A stretch of DNA of 64,000 nucleotides from Candidatus Australimonas brisbanensis (GCA_038147155.1 JAYQTA010000002.1:329744-393743); one strand, 5' to 3'. Shown: positions 17,512-27,464, numbered from the stretch's first letter. Notes: generated from the letters alone by a model not told the origin. A program made the numbers and translations.

Positions 17512-18900
17512 CTAGGGCCGCAGGAGCGCTGCGAACGCGCCCACGTCGGTGCAGACCTCCAGCGTGGCGACGGCGTCGGCCACGCGCTGCGCGCGCTCCG
17601 CGCCCAGCACGCCGGAGGCCCACTCGGTGAACTTGCCGGACAGTTCGTCCCAGGTGAGGGGGTTCTCTGGCTCGCCCTTGGGGAAGGGCACGGTGCGCTC
17701 GATGGTCTGCCCGCCACGCAGGCCCACCCGCACGCGGGTCTCCATGCTGGCGCCCAGGGAGTCCACCTTGGTGACGGACACCCGCTCCGCCAGCGCGCGG
17801 GCTGCCGGGTCGGTGAGCAGGTCGTAGCGGTCCCAGCCGAACCCACCGGTGAGCAGCGTGGCTGCGGCGGTGAAGTAGACGGAAAACTGCCCGTCCACCA
17901 CGCCCACGGGGGCGCGCTTGCGCTCCGGGGCGGTGCCCACCAGGTCGTAGCCCGTGGGGCCGAGCTCGATGCTCACCGACTCCACGTCCTCCGCCTTCAC
18001 CTGCCCGGAGCGCGCCAGGTCGGTGAGGGCGTCGATGGACGGGTGGGTGTAGCGGCAGGAGGGGTAGGGCTTCACGGCGGTGTCCAGCACGGCGGGACGC
18101 TCGCCCAGTGCGCCCAGGTGCCGGAGCACCTGCGGGGCAAGGCCCGCGTCGCCCGCGTACAGGCGCAGGTAGCCATCGCGCCCCTCGATGGGCTCAGTGG
18201 AGCCCAGATAGCCGTGGCGGGCCATGGTGAGGGCCACGACGGCGTGGTGCGCCGCCAGACCCACGTGGAAGCGCTTGTTCCACGCCCCGTTCACCAGGAA
18301 CTGGAGCGAGCCAGCGGACTGGGAGACGTTGAGCCCCAGGGCGTTGGCCGTCTGCTCGGCGGAGAGGCCCAAGAGGCGCGCGCCCGCCGCCGTGCAGCCG
18401 TAGATGCCGGTGGTGGCCGTGGGGTGGAAGCCGTGGGCGTGGACGGCCCCGCCGTGGGCCATGCCTATCGCCGCGGTCACGTCGTAGCCCGCGGCGGCGG
18501 CGGCCAGCAGGTCGCGCCCGCCGGAGTGGGCGCGCTCGCCCAGCGCCAGCAGCGTGGCGAACATCGGCGTGCCGATGTGGATGACGGACTCACGGTGCGT
18601 GTCGTCGAAGTCCATGGAGTGGGCGTAGGTGGCGTTCAGCAGTGCGGCGTAGTGCGCCGGGAGGCGCTCCGAGCGGCCGATGACCGTCGCCTGGCCAGCG
18701 CCGCCATCCGCCAGCTCCAGCACCCCGGCGGTGATGGGGCCGGACGACTCTGCCACGGCAACGCCCCCGAAGGCGACGCCCAGGTAGTCCAGCAGCAGTG
18801 CCTTGGTCTGCGCCACCACATTCGGGGTGAGCGCCTCGTAGCGCGCCTCCAGTGCGTGGGCGACCAGCGCGCCGGTCACATCAGGGTTGGCGGTCGTCAT
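17512..18900 (-). CDS. MmgE/PrpD family protein
   Basis: HSMDFDDTH, GFHPT, NKRFH, KPYPSCRYTH, KGEPENP. Confidence 0.92.
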   Translation of the reverse strand: MTTANPDVTGALVAHALEARYEALTPNVVAQTKALLLDYLGVAFGGVAVAESSGPITAGVLELADGGAGQATVIGRSERLPAHYAALLNATYAHSMDFDDTHRESVIHIGTPMFATLLALGERAHSGGRDLLAAAAAGYDVTAAIGMAHGGAVHAHGFHPTATTGIYGCTAAGARLLGLSAEQTANALGLNVSQSAGSLQFLVNGAWNKRFHVGLAAHHAVVALTMARHGYLGSTEPIEGRDGYLRLYAGDAGLAPQVLRHLGALGERPAVLDTAVKPYPSCRYTHPSIDALTDLARSGQVKAEDVESVSIELGPTGYDLVGTAPERKRAPVGVVDGQFSVYFTAAATLLTGGFGWDRYDLLTDPAARALAERVSVTKVDSLGASMETRVRVGLRGGQTIERTVPFPKGEPENPLTWDELSGKFTEWASGVLGAERAQRVADAVATLEVCTDVGAFAALLRP

Positions 18901-19009
18901 GCGGGCACCCCCTCGCGTGTGTCCTCGCCTGCCAGCGAAGCCCCGGCATCATACGCCACGCGCCAGCGCGCGCCCGCAAACGCGCGGGGCGGGGTAGAAT
19001 GCCCCGCGC

Positions 19010-19861
19010 ATGAGCACCCGCATCCAGCGCGCCACCTGCATCACCTGCAACGGGGACGTTCTGCGCCCCTACCAGGAGGCGCAGGGGGGCGGCGAGGCGT
19101 TCCACCTGGTCCGGTGCGCGGCCTGCGGCACGGTGTTCGTGGCCGACCCATTGGCTCCACCCCCCGTCACCGACGCGCAGACGCTCCCCGCCGCCGACCC
19201 GGCGCTGGTGGACGCGGATACCACTCGCCCCGGCCACGCCTACCTGTACGCGGGGCTGGTGGCGAAGGTGGAGCGTGCGCGCCCCACCCCCCAGGCGCCG
19301 CTGCGGATGCTGGAGGTGGGCGCCGGGCGTGGGGACCTGGCGCTGCTGCTGCTGCGCCGGTTCGGAGAGCGCATCGCCTACACGGGCATCGAGCCCTTCG
19401 GCGAGTACGCCTCGGTGGCGCTGGCGCGGGGGCTGGCCGTGCGGCTGAGCGACCTGGAGGGGTTCAGCGCCGAGCCCCAGGGGCCCTTCGACCTGATCCT
19501 CATGGACAACGTGCTGGAGCACCTGGTGGCCCCCGGAGGAGCGCTGTCCGCGCTCAGGGACATGCTGGCCCCCGGAGGCGCGCTGGTGGTGGTGGTGCCC
19601 AACCTGCGCGACGTGCGCCGGTTCTACCCCTCGCTCTACCGGCGGCGCTACCTGTGGATACCCCAGGAGCACATCAACTACTTCACCTGGCGGACGCTGC
19701 GCGCCATCATGGCGGCCAACGGCCTGCAGGCCCGCTATCTCCACCCGCCGCTCTCCGGCCCCCTGCCCCGCCGCCTCGCCTGGGGGGCCAAGGCCCTGGC
19801 GGAACGGCTCCTCGGCCTCTCGCCCCGTGGCCTGTACGCCGTCGCGAACCGCGCCCCGTAA
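19010..19861 (+). CDS. Class I SAM-dependent methyltransferase with N-terminal CxxC pairs
   Basis: CITC...CAAC, LEVGAGRG, VLEHL, VVPN, EHINYF. Confidence 0.85.
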   Translation: MSTRIQRATCITCNGDVLRPYQEAQGGGEAFHLVRCAACGTVFVADPLAPPPVTDAQTLPAADPALVDADTTRPGHAYLYAGLVAKVERARPTPQAPLRMLEVGAGRGDLALLLLRRFGERIAYTGIEPFGEYASVALARGLAVRLSDLEGFSAEPQGPFDLILMDNVLEHLVAPGGALSALRDMLAPGGALVVVVPNLRDVRRFYPSLYRRRYLWIPQEHINYFTWRTLRAIMAANGLQARYLHPPLSGPLPRRLAWGAKALAERLLGLSPRGLYAVANRAP

Positions 19862-19885
19862 CCCACGCAAAGGACCCTGCCCCGC

Positions 19886-21142
19886 ATGAAGCCCCTCGCC
19901 CACCTGAAGGTCATCGACCTCACCACCGTCATCTCCGGCCCCTACACCGCCTCGCTGCTGGCGGACCTAGGCGCGCATGTCATCAAGGTGGAGCCGCCCG
20001 GCGGCGAGGCGGCGCGCGCCTTCGCCTCGGCGGACTCGCCCTTCACCCTGGGGGGCATGTCCCCGCACATCCTCACCCTCCAGCGCAACAAGAAGGGCGT
20101 GGTGATAGACCTGCGCAACCCGGAGGGGAAGGCGGTGTTCGACGACCTGGTGCGCTGGGCGGACGTGGTGGTGGAGAACTACCGCCCCGGCGTCACCGAG
20201 CGCCTGGGCATCGACTACCCCCGCCTGAAGGCACTGAACCGGGGCGTCATCATGTGCTCCATCACCGGGTACGGGCTCACGGGCCCCGCCCGCGATAGGG
20301 CGGCGCTGGACGCGTGCATCCAGGCCTACTCCGGGGTGATGGGCATCACCGGCGAGCCCGACGGGGAGCCCATGCGCGCTGGGCCCATCTACGGAGACCT
20401 GTGCTCCGGCATGGCGGGTGCGGTGGGCGTGCTGGCGGCGCTGGCGGCACGCGAGCGCACCGGTGAGGGGCAGCACGTGGACATCTCCATGCTGGACGTG
20501 CAGATCTCCATGCTCTCCTACACCGCCACCATGCACCTGATGACCGGCCTGCCGTCCGAGCGCGCCGGCAATGAGCACACCCTGCACGTGCCCTACAACT
20601 CCTACCCCACCGCCGACGGCTACCTGTTCATGGCGGTGGTGATACCGAGCCATTGGCCGGTGTTCATCAAGGCGCTGCAGGACGTAGGCCTCCCGCCGGA
20701 ACTGGACGCCACCCTGGCCTGGCTGTCCGACCCACGGCTGGGCAGCCGCGACGTGCGTCTGCGTGAGCGGGCGGCGGTGAACGAGGCCGTGGCGGCCATC
20801 CTGAAGGCGCGTCCGCGCGCCGCGTGGATGGAAGCGTTCGGGAGGGTGGGCCTGGCCTTCGCGCCGGTGAACACCGTGGAGGAGGCCCTGGCCGACCCGC
20901 AACTGGCCGCACGGCACATGGTGGTGGAGACGACCCACCCCAACGGCACCCCCTACCGCATGCCCGGCAACCCCATCAAACTCTCCGGCTTCCTCGCCAG
21001 CGAGGAGTCTTTCTCCTCGCCACCCACCCTGGGCCAGCACACCGCCGAGGTGCTGGCGGGGGTGCTGGGGTACGACGGGACGCGCATCGCTGGGCTGCTG
21101 GCCTCTGGAGCCGTAGCCGGTGAGCAGGAGGTGGGGGCATGA
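19886..21142 (+). CDS. Class III CoA-transferase (CaiB/BaiF)
   Basis: ADLGAHVIKVE, RNKK, ENYRPG, SITGYG, GEGQHVDISM. Confidence 0.93.
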   Translation: MKPLAHLKVIDLTTVISGPYTASLLADLGAHVIKVEPPGGEAARAFASADSPFTLGGMSPHILTLQRNKKGVVIDLRNPEGKAVFDDLVRWADVVVENYRPGVTERLGIDYPRLKALNRGVIMCSITGYGLTGPARDRAALDACIQAYSGVMGITGEPDGEPMRAGPIYGDLCSGMAGAVGVLAALAARERTGEGQHVDISMLDVQISMLSYTATMHLMTGLPSERAGNEHTLHVPYNSYPTADGYLFMAVVIPSHWPVFIKALQDVGLPPELDATLAWLSDPRLGSRDVRLRERAAVNEAVAAILKARPRAAWMEAFGRVGLAFAPVNTVEEALADPQLAARHMVVETTHPNGTPYRMPGNPIKLSGFLASEESFSSPPTLGQHTAEVLAGVLGYDGTRIAGLLASGAVAGEQEVGA

Positions 21143-22038
21143 GCGAGGCGAGCACGCTCCCCATCCGCTCCTGGCTGTACGTGCCGGGCCAGCGGGCCAA
21201 CATGGTTGCCAAGTCCCTGGGGCTGGAGGCAGATGCCATCATCTACGACTTGGAGGACGCCGTGCCCCCCGCCGCCAAGGCGGAGGCGCGCAGCGTCCTC
21301 AAGGGCCTGCTGAGCGCCCCGCCCCCACCGGGGGGGGCCCTGCGCTGGGTGCGTCTGAACCACCCTCACCACCGCGAGCTGTTCCTGGAGGACCTGGCCT
21401 GCGCGCTGGGGCTGCACGTCCACGGGGTGGTGCTGCCCAAGGTGGAGACGGTGGCCCAGCTGGAGGCGGCGGACGCGGCCATTACGGCGGCGGAGGGACG
21501 CGCGGGGCTCCAGCCCGGCAGCACGCGGCTCATGTTCCTGCTGGAGAGCCCCCTGGGGGTGGTGAACGCCTATCCCCTGGCGGCGGCGCTGGAGCGCACC
21601 GTGGCCGTCTCCTTCGGTGGCGAGGACTTCTCCCGCGAGATGGGCCTGCCCCTGGTGCGCACGGACGAGGCGCGCTCGCTGGTCCACCAGCGGGCCGCCG
21701 TGGCCACGGCGGCGGCGGCTGCGAGGGTGCAGGCGGTGGACGTGATCTGGCCGGGGCTCGACGACCTGAACGGCTTCGCCGCCGAGGCCGCGCAAGCCCG
21801 CAGGCTCGGCTTCACCGGCAAGGCGGCGATACACCCCGCCCAGCTGCCGCTGATCCACGCGGCCTTCGACCCCACGCCCGATGAGGTGGCCTACGCCCGC
21901 GAGGTGCTGGCCGCCTACGAGGAAGCCGTGGCCGGGGGCACCGGGGCCATCAACCACAAGGGCGCTTTCCTGGAGGAGCCCGTCATCGCCCGCGCGCGCC
22001 GCGTGCTGGCGCTGGCGAGCCGGGGCCAGGGACGCTGA
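21139..22038 (+). CDS. CitE/HpcH-family acyl-CoA lyase (citramalyl-CoA lyase-like)
   Basis: RSWLYVPG, DLEDAV, LPKVE, FGGED, GFTGKAAIHPAQ. Confidence 0.9.
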   Translation: MSEASTLPIRSWLYVPGQRANMVAKSLGLEADAIIYDLEDAVPPAAKAEARSVLKGLLSAPPPPGGALRWVRLNHPHHRELFLEDLACALGLHVHGVVLPKVETVAQLEAADAAITAAEGRAGLQPGSTRLMFLLESPLGVVNAYPLAAALERTVAVSFGGEDFSREMGLPLVRTDEARSLVHQRAAVATAAAAARVQAVDVIWPGLDDLNGFAAEAAQARRLGFTGKAAIHPAQLPLIHAAFDPTPDEVAYAREVLAAYEEAVAGGTGAINHKGAFLEEPVIARARRVLALASRGQGR

Positions 22039-22062
22039 CTAGCAACACACAGGAGAGCAGGC

Positions 22063-22578
22063 ATGAGCGTCAAGCAGGGCTGGGAGGGGCGATACCTGGA
22101 GGACTTCACCGTGGGTGACATCTACCGGGCGCCCATCGGCCGCACCGTCACCGAGGTGGACAACATCTGGTTCACGTTGCTCACCAACAACGACAACCAG
22201 ATCCACTTCAACGACCACTACTCGGCGGGCACCCCATGGGGCAAGCCGCTGGTGAATTCGGCCCTCACCATCGCCGTGGTCACGGGCCTGGGCGTACGTG
22301 ACCTGACCATGAACGGGTTCGCCCTGGGCTGGGACAAGATACGGCTGCCCAACCCCGTGTTCGCGGGTGACACGCTCTACTCGCAGTCGGAGGTCATCGC
22401 CGTGCGCGAGTCCGCCTCCGACCCCACCCGCGGCATCATCACCGTGCGCACGCTGGGCATCAAGCAGGACGGCACCGTGGTGGTGGAGTTCGAGCGCTCC
22501 GCCATGGTGTGGAAGCGCGCCCACGCCCCCGGCAACGCCACCTTCCCCGAGCCCAAGCCGTACAAGTCGCAGCTCTAG
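22063..22578 (+). CDS. MaoC-family (hotdog) acyl-CoA dehydratase
   Basis: GRYLEDF, GRTVTEVDN, QIHF, PVFAGDTLY. Confidence 0.9.
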   Translation: MSVKQGWEGRYLEDFTVGDIYRAPIGRTVTEVDNIWFTLLTNNDNQIHFNDHYSAGTPWGKPLVNSALTIAVVTGLGVRDLTMNGFALGWDKIRLPNPVFAGDTLYSQSEVIAVRESASDPTRGIITVRTLGIKQDGTVVVEFERSAMVWKRAHAPGNATFPEPKPYKSQL

Positions 22579-22591
22579 CCAGGAGGCACCC

Positions 22592-23005
22592 ATGAGCAAC
22601 GTCAGCTCCGTCACGCTGGAGGAGGCCAACAAGGCCATCGCGGCGGCCATCGCCAAGTCCAAGGAACTGGGCTTCAACATGGCCATCGCCGTGGTGGACG
22701 TGCAGACCTCGCTGGTGGCCCTGGCCCGCATGGACGGCACCAACCCCTTCACCCCCGACGTGGTGCGGGGCAAGGCCATGGTGACCGCCGTCACGCGCGG
22801 CACCCCCTCGGGCGTGGCCGCCGAGCGCTTCCCCAAGGGCCTGCAGGAGACGGTGAGCAGCCTGTATGGGGGGCGCATCACCTGGGTGCAGGGCGCGGTG
22901 CCCCTCAAGCGCAACGGCGAGTTCATCGGCGCCATCGCCGCGGGTGGCGGGCCGCCGGAGGTGGACGAACAGGTGGCGCAGGCCGGGGCGGACGCGCTGG
23001 CCTAG
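22592..23005 (+). CDS. GlcG/HbpS-family heme-binding protein
   Basis: IAVVD, ARMDG, GKAMVTA, GAVPL, DEQVAQAG; AGGAGG RBS. Confidence 0.88.
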   Translation: MSNVSSVTLEEANKAIAAAIAKSKELGFNMAIAVVDVQTSLVALARMDGTNPFTPDVVRGKAMVTAVTRGTPSGVAAERFPKGLQETVSSLYGGRITWVQGAVPLKRNGEFIGAIAAGGGPPEVDEQVAQAGADALA

Positions 23006-23009
23006 CGGC

Positions 23010-23834
23010 CTACTGGCCGGGCAGGCGGCGCTCGCGTATCTGCGTGGCGATGCGCCGCACGAACCAGGCGTCCGCCGGCTCAATGCCGCCACTCAGGTAG
23101 GCGTCCAGGTCCGCCAGCGCGCGTGCGTCCTCACCCATGCGCTGGTGCAGCATGCCCCTATCGCGCAGGTGCCCCTGCTCATCCGGTTGGAGCAGCACCA
23201 GCAGGTCGAGGGTGCCCACCGCCTCGGCGAGGCGGTTCTGCTTCGCGTAGATGGCCGAGAGGTTGCGCAGCATGCGCGCCACGATGCCCCGGTCGCTCAC
23301 GGCGTTGAGGAACGAGGGCTCCCACCGCACCTGGGGCGCGATGCGCCTGAGCAGCTCCTGGCACTCGGCGGCTGAGCGCACGATGCCCCGGTGGAACGGG
23401 TCGATGAACAGGTCGGGCTCGGCCTGGTGGCGCACCATGAAGTGCCCCGGCATGCCCACCCCGGCCAGGGGAACGCCGTTGCGTCGCCCCACCGCCAGGT
23501 ACACCACCGCCAGCGTGATGGGGATGCCCAGGCGACGGCGCAGCACCACATGCAGCAGCGAGTTGGCCGGGTCGTAGTAGTCGCCCTCGTTGCCCGTGAA
23601 GCCCAGCTCGTCGAACAGGTACTCGTTCAGCACGTTCACCGAGGCGAGGGGGCTCGCCTCCAGGGGCATGCGCTCGCGCACCCCCAACGCCATGGCGACC
23701 AGCAACCCGCGCTCGTGGTCGATGTCCACCGCCGGGTCGAAGCGCGCCGCGATCAGCAGCGCACCCTCGGCGGGGTCCAGCCGCTCCCCGCTCGCATAGG
23801 AGGCGAACCGCTCCAGAACCTCGGGAACGTCCAT
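23010..23834 (-). CDS. SirB1/transglutaminase-like protein with C-terminal TPR
   Basis: GFTGNEGDYYDPANS, RRLGIPITL, GMPGHF, IDPF, RMLRNL, LRDRG. Confidence 0.88.
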   Translation of the reverse strand: MDVPEVLERFASYASGERLDPAEGALLIAARFDPAVDIDHERGLLVAMALGVRERMPLEASPLASVNVLNEYLFDELGFTGNEGDYYDPANSLLHVVLRRRLGIPITLAVVYLAVGRRNGVPLAGVGMPGHFMVRHQAEPDLFIDPFHRGIVRSAAECQELLRRIAPQVRWEPSFLNAVSDRGIVARMLRNLSAIYAKQNRLAEAVGTLDLLVLLQPDEQGHLRDRGMLHQRMGEDARALADLDAYLSGGIEPADAWFVRRIATQIRERRLPGQ

Positions 23835-23843
23835 GGGCAGAGC

Positions 23844-24695
23844 CTACACCGCGTACCGGCGTTCCATCTCGCTGATGCGCGCCAGTCCCAGGGCGTTGGC
23901 GATCTCCATGCGCAGTTGGCCGCCGGAGCCCCACCGCTCCAGTGCGGCGATCCGGCCATTCTCGCGCAGCTGCACCATCATCTCCTTGATCAGCGGGTAG
24001 AGCGAGAACACCGGCCCCCGGTGGATCTGGAGGCGCACGCCGGGCAGCGCCGCCACCTTGTCCGGGGCCACCTCTCCGTTGTACAGGAGCGGAAGGTCAC
24101 CCAGGCGGCGGGTGAACTCGGCCAGGTCCTCCTCGGTGCGCACCCCGTCCACGAACAGCAGGTCAGCCCCCGCCGCGTGGTAGGCGCGGGCGCGACGCTC
24201 CGTCTCGTCCCATCCAGCCACGGCCAGGGCGTCGGTGCGGGCGATGACCACGAAGTCGGGGTCGCGCCGCGCGTCCACCGCCGCGCGCACCTTGGCGGCG
24301 GCCTCCTCCAGGCTGATGACCTGCTTGCCCTCGAAGAAGCCGCACTTCTTGGGCGCGACCTGGTCCTCGATGTGTACGCCCGCCACGCCCGCCCGCTCGT
24401 AGGCGCGTATCGTCCGCCACACATTGATGGCGTTGCCGTAGCCCGTGTCGGCATCGGCGATCACCGGCACCTCCACGGCCTCGGCGATGGTCGCGGCGTT
24501 GGCCACCATCTCCGTCTGAGTCAGCAGCCCCACGTCGGGCATGCCCTTGGACATGGAGGTGCCGAAGCCCGACATGTACACCGCCTCGAACCCCGCCTCC
24601 TCGGCGATTCGGGCGGTGAACCCGTCGTAGGTGAACGGGGCCAGCAGGGTGCGGGGGCCGGACAGCAACTCGCGCAGGCGGGTGGTGGTGCGCAT
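23844..24695 (-). CDS. Isocitrate lyase/PEP mutase family protein (PrpB-like)
   Basis: ADADTGYG, IEDQVAPKKCG, IARTDA. Confidence 0.9.
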   Translation of the reverse strand: MRTTTRLRELLSGPRTLLAPFTYDGFTARIAEEAGFEAVYMSGFGTSMSKGMPDVGLLTQTEMVANAATIAEAVEVPVIADADTGYGNAINVWRTIRAYERAGVAGVHIEDQVAPKKCGFFEGKQVISLEEAAAKVRAAVDARRDPDFVVIARTDALAVAGWDETERRARAYHAAGADLLFVDGVRTEEDLAEFTRRLGDLPLLYNGEVAPDKVAALPGVRLQIHRGPVFSLYPLIKEMMVQLRENGRIAALERWGSGGQLRMEIANALGLARISEMERRYAV

Positions 24696-24723
24696 CGTCT
24701 CACTCCTGAGGGCGTGTAGCGGG

Positions 24724-24957
24724 CTAGAGCAGGGCGGCCAGGCCCTCACGCAGGCGAGGGAGCCACTCGGACAGGGGCGTGGTGCGCGGAAGGGTTATCT
24801 CGAACACCTGGCGGCGCATCATGCCGCCGTCGCCCACGACCCATCCACCCGGGTCCTCCTTGCCCAACTCCACGTTCAGCGACTCACGGTCGATGCCGAG
24901 CTCGTCGGTCACCTCATAGACGGCAGCCATGTCTTCCATGGTGATGATGTCTTCCAT
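24724..24957 (-). CDS. Hypothetical acidic protein (77 aa)
   Basis: GAGG RBS, GC3 bias, co-oriented with lyase gene. Confidence 0.7.
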   Translation of the reverse strand: MEDIITMEDMAAVYEVTDELGIDRESLNVELGKEDPGGWVVGDGGMMRRQVFEITLPRTTPLSEWLPRLREGLAALL

Positions 24958-25088
24958 CGAAGCCTCTCGAACACAAAGACTGGCACAGGCTCAGCCCGCG
25001 CACGCAGATGGTGGGCCGCCAGCAAGGGACTGTCAACCGGCGCTGATGGTGCGTGTAAGATGCGCGCCAGCCCCCCGCAGGAGCCTCC

Positions 25089-26345
25089 GTGCGCAGACCC
25101 CGCTTCTTCTACGGCTGGACGGTGGTGGCGGTGCTGTGGCTGGCCAACCTGGGCTCCCACGGCGCGGTCTCCTTCACCTTCGGCCTCTTCGTCCTGCCCA
25201 TGAGCCAAGACCTGGGTGTCTCCCGCGGGGCCATCGGCTGGCTCCAGACAGCGCGTCTGGCGGGTTCCGGCCTCTCCTCCATCAGCCTGGGGCGGCTCAT
25301 CGACCGGTACGGTGCGCGCGTCCTGGTGCCCGCCACTGGGCTGCTCTCCGCGCTCATCGTCATCGCCATCTCCCAGGCACCGCGCATGTGGATGCTGTAC
25401 GTGCTGTTCGCCCTGCTGGGAGTGGCCGGGCTGTCGGCGCCGGGGAACGCGCTCACGGCGGTGCCGGTCGCCAAGTGGTTCGTGCGCAGGCGCGGCAAGG
25501 CCATCGCCGTCACCACCTTCGGCGGCGCCGTGGGCGGGGCGGTCTTCTCCCTGGTGCATCAGGGATTCATCGACGCGTGGGGCTGGCGCGGGGCGTTCGC
25601 GGTCTCAGCAGGGCTGCTGGTGGCGCTGACGGTGCCCCTTCAGTTCGCACTGCTGCGGCGAACCCCGGAGGACATGGGCCTGCGCCCCGACGGCGATGCC
25701 GCCGTTGCCCCAACGCCCGCGGCCGTCACCACCCCTACTCCGGTGGACGAGGCCTCGTGGACCGTGCGGGAGGCGCTGCGCAGCAGGGTGCTCTGGCAAC
25801 TGGCCGCCGCCTACCTGGTGTCCAGCTTCGCCACCGGTGGGTTCGTGGTGCACCGGCCCGCCTTCTGGCAGGAGCTGGGCTACCCCACCGGGCTCATCGC
25901 CGGGGCTCTGGCGCTGGACTCGGCGGTCTACGCCGTCGCCGCGCTGGGCGCCGGGGCGCTGCTGGATAGGGCCGTGCCCCGCCTGGTGGCCGCAGCAGCC
26001 ATGACCACCCATGCCCTGGCCATGCTGGCCGCGCTCACGTGGGCCAGCACGGGATCGGTGTTCGTGGTGGCCGCACTCATCGGCTCCGGCGCAGGCACCG
26101 CCGCCGTGGCGCGCAGCGTCCTGCTGCCCGCCTACTACGGCCGGGCGCACCTGGGGGCCATCTGGGGGGTGTTGCTGCCCGCCAACCTTTTGGGGCTGGG
26201 GCTGGGCGCGCCCGTCGTGGGCATGCTGTACGACGCTGCGGGCGGGTCCTACCGGCCCGGCATCTGGCTGCTGTTCGGCCTGATGTTGGCCTCCGTCGCC
26301 ATGATGCTTACCGCGGGCCCGCCCAAGCGCGTCCCGCCCGCCTAG
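25089..26345 (+). CDS. MFS transporter
   Basis: FFYGWTVV, KWFVRRRGKA; paralog of 7933-9159. Confidence 0.9.
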   Translation: MRRPRFFYGWTVVAVLWLANLGSHGAVSFTFGLFVLPMSQDLGVSRGAIGWLQTARLAGSGLSSISLGRLIDRYGARVLVPATGLLSALIVIAISQAPRMWMLYVLFALLGVAGLSAPGNALTAVPVAKWFVRRRGKAIAVTTFGGAVGGAVFSLVHQGFIDAWGWRGAFAVSAGLLVALTVPLQFALLRRTPEDMGLRPDGDAAVAPTPAAVTTPTPVDEASWTVREALRSRVLWQLAAAYLVSSFATGGFVVHRPAFWQELGYPTGLIAGALALDSAVYAVAALGAGALLDRAVPRLVAAAAMTTHALAMLAALTWASTGSVFVVAALIGSGAGTAAVARSVLLPAYYGRAHLGAIWGVLLPANLLGLGLGAPVVGMLYDAAGGSYRPGIWLLFGLMLASVAMMLTAGPPKRVPPA

Positions 26346-26725
26346 AGCGAAGCGATGACCCGGGCCAGCTTCTCCTTCACCTCACCGGCGATGGCGATGA
26401 GGTCCGGGTTCTGGACCGCCTGCATGGACGCCACCGGGTCGATGGCCGCAACCTCGACGCCGTCGGGGTGCTGCTGAACGATGACGTTGCACGGGAGCAT
26501 GGTGCCGATGTGCTCCTCGGTGGAGAGCGCCCGGTGGGCGAACGGCGGGTTGCACGCGCCCAGGATGCGGTAGGGCCTGAAGTCCACGCCCAACTTCTCC
26601 TTCATTGTCTGCTGCACGTTGATCTGGGTGAGGATGCCGAAACCCTCGGTCTTCAGCGCAGCGGTCACCCGCTCGATCACCTCGTCGAAACCGCCCTGGA
26701 CGGTCATGGCCATGTAGTAGGACAT
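26342..26725 (-). CDS. DUF302 domain protein
   Basis: EGFGIL, YRILGACNP, LPCNV, IDP. Confidence 0.88.
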   Translation of the reverse strand: MSYYMAMTVQGGFDEVIERVTAALKTEGFGILTQINVQQTMKEKLGVDFRPYRILGACNPPFAHRALSTEEHIGTMLPCNVIVQQHPDGVEVAAIDPVASMQAVQNPDLIAIAGEVKEKLARVIASL

Positions 26726-26822
26726 GGGAACGCTCCTCGCTTGCTGCCACTCAGTATCGCCGAGGTGGTGGCGGCCATCAAACCGGCTGTGGGATGATGG
26801 TTGCTCCCGCAAGGAGATGCGT

Positions 26823-27347
26823 ATGAACATCAGGGGCATCAACCACCTGGCCATGGTCACCGGGGACCTGGAGGCCACGGTGCGCTTCTACCGTGACGTG
26901 CTCGGGCTGGAGGTGGTGGCCACCACCGGCAACGCACCGGGGCTCTACCGCTACCGGCACTACTTCTTCCGCCTCGGCCCCGGCGCCACGCTGGCCTTCT
27001 TCGAGTGGCCGGACATGGTGGAGCCCTTCCACAAGCCTGCGGGTATGCCCGCTCGTGGGCGCTGGCAGTTCGACCACCTCTCCTTCGACGTGGAGGACCT
27101 GGCCGCGCTGGAAGTGCTCCAGGAACACCTGGCGGCCAACGGTGTGGAGGTCACGCGCGTGGTGGACCACCAGTTCATCCAGTCCATCTACTTCACCGAC
27201 CCGGTGAACGGGATAGCCCTGGAGGCCTCCTACTGGGTGCGCGATGCCACCGATGCACTGCCTCCGGATCCGACCGACCGATCCCTCTTCTTCGACCCTG
27301 ACCCCGTGCCCGCGCTGCGGAAACGGGCCCCCTCGGAACGCGCCTGA
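26823..27347 (+). CDS. VOC/glyoxalase family protein
   Basis: GINHLA, FYRDVLG, DHLSF, SIYFTDP; AAGGAG RBS. Confidence 0.88.
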   Translation: MNIRGINHLAMVTGDLEATVRFYRDVLGLEVVATTGNAPGLYRYRHYFFRLGPGATLAFFEWPDMVEPFHKPAGMPARGRWQFDHLSFDVEDLAALEVLQEHLAANGVEVTRVVDHQFIQSIYFTDPVNGIALEASYWVRDATDALPPDPTDRSLFFDPDPVPALRKRAPSERA

Positions 27348-27398
27348 CAGGCACGCGAGCGCGTTGCGCGCGAGGGGCCCGGAGTGCTATTGTCGAAG

Positions 27399-27464
27399 GG
27401 CCGTGGTTCCGACAACGGCCTGCTCCATCCAACGATGAGCCGTCCGCCCCGGCGGGCGGCTTTT
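27399..27464 (+). promoter_or_regulatory. Attenuator-like 5' leader of ilvB with intrinsic terminator
   Basis: TTGCGC-18-TATTGT promoter; P1 GGCCGT/ACGGCC; terminator GCCGTCCGC/GCGGGCGGC + TTTT; alternative ACGGC/GCCGT pairing. Confidence 0.65.

Noticed and set aside
17032-20298. Very long ORFs in the track (1088 aa here; also 50432-53344, 27193-29496, 62277-63905)
   Set aside because: Antisense or off-frame shadows of recognisable genes in high-GC DNA; Arg/Ala/Gly/Pro-rich with no motifs
27399-27464. ykkC/ppGpp riboswitch or T-box upstream of ilvB
   Set aside because: Only GGUUCCG is shared with ykkC; the leader is too short and lacks the other conserved elements; no T-box motif
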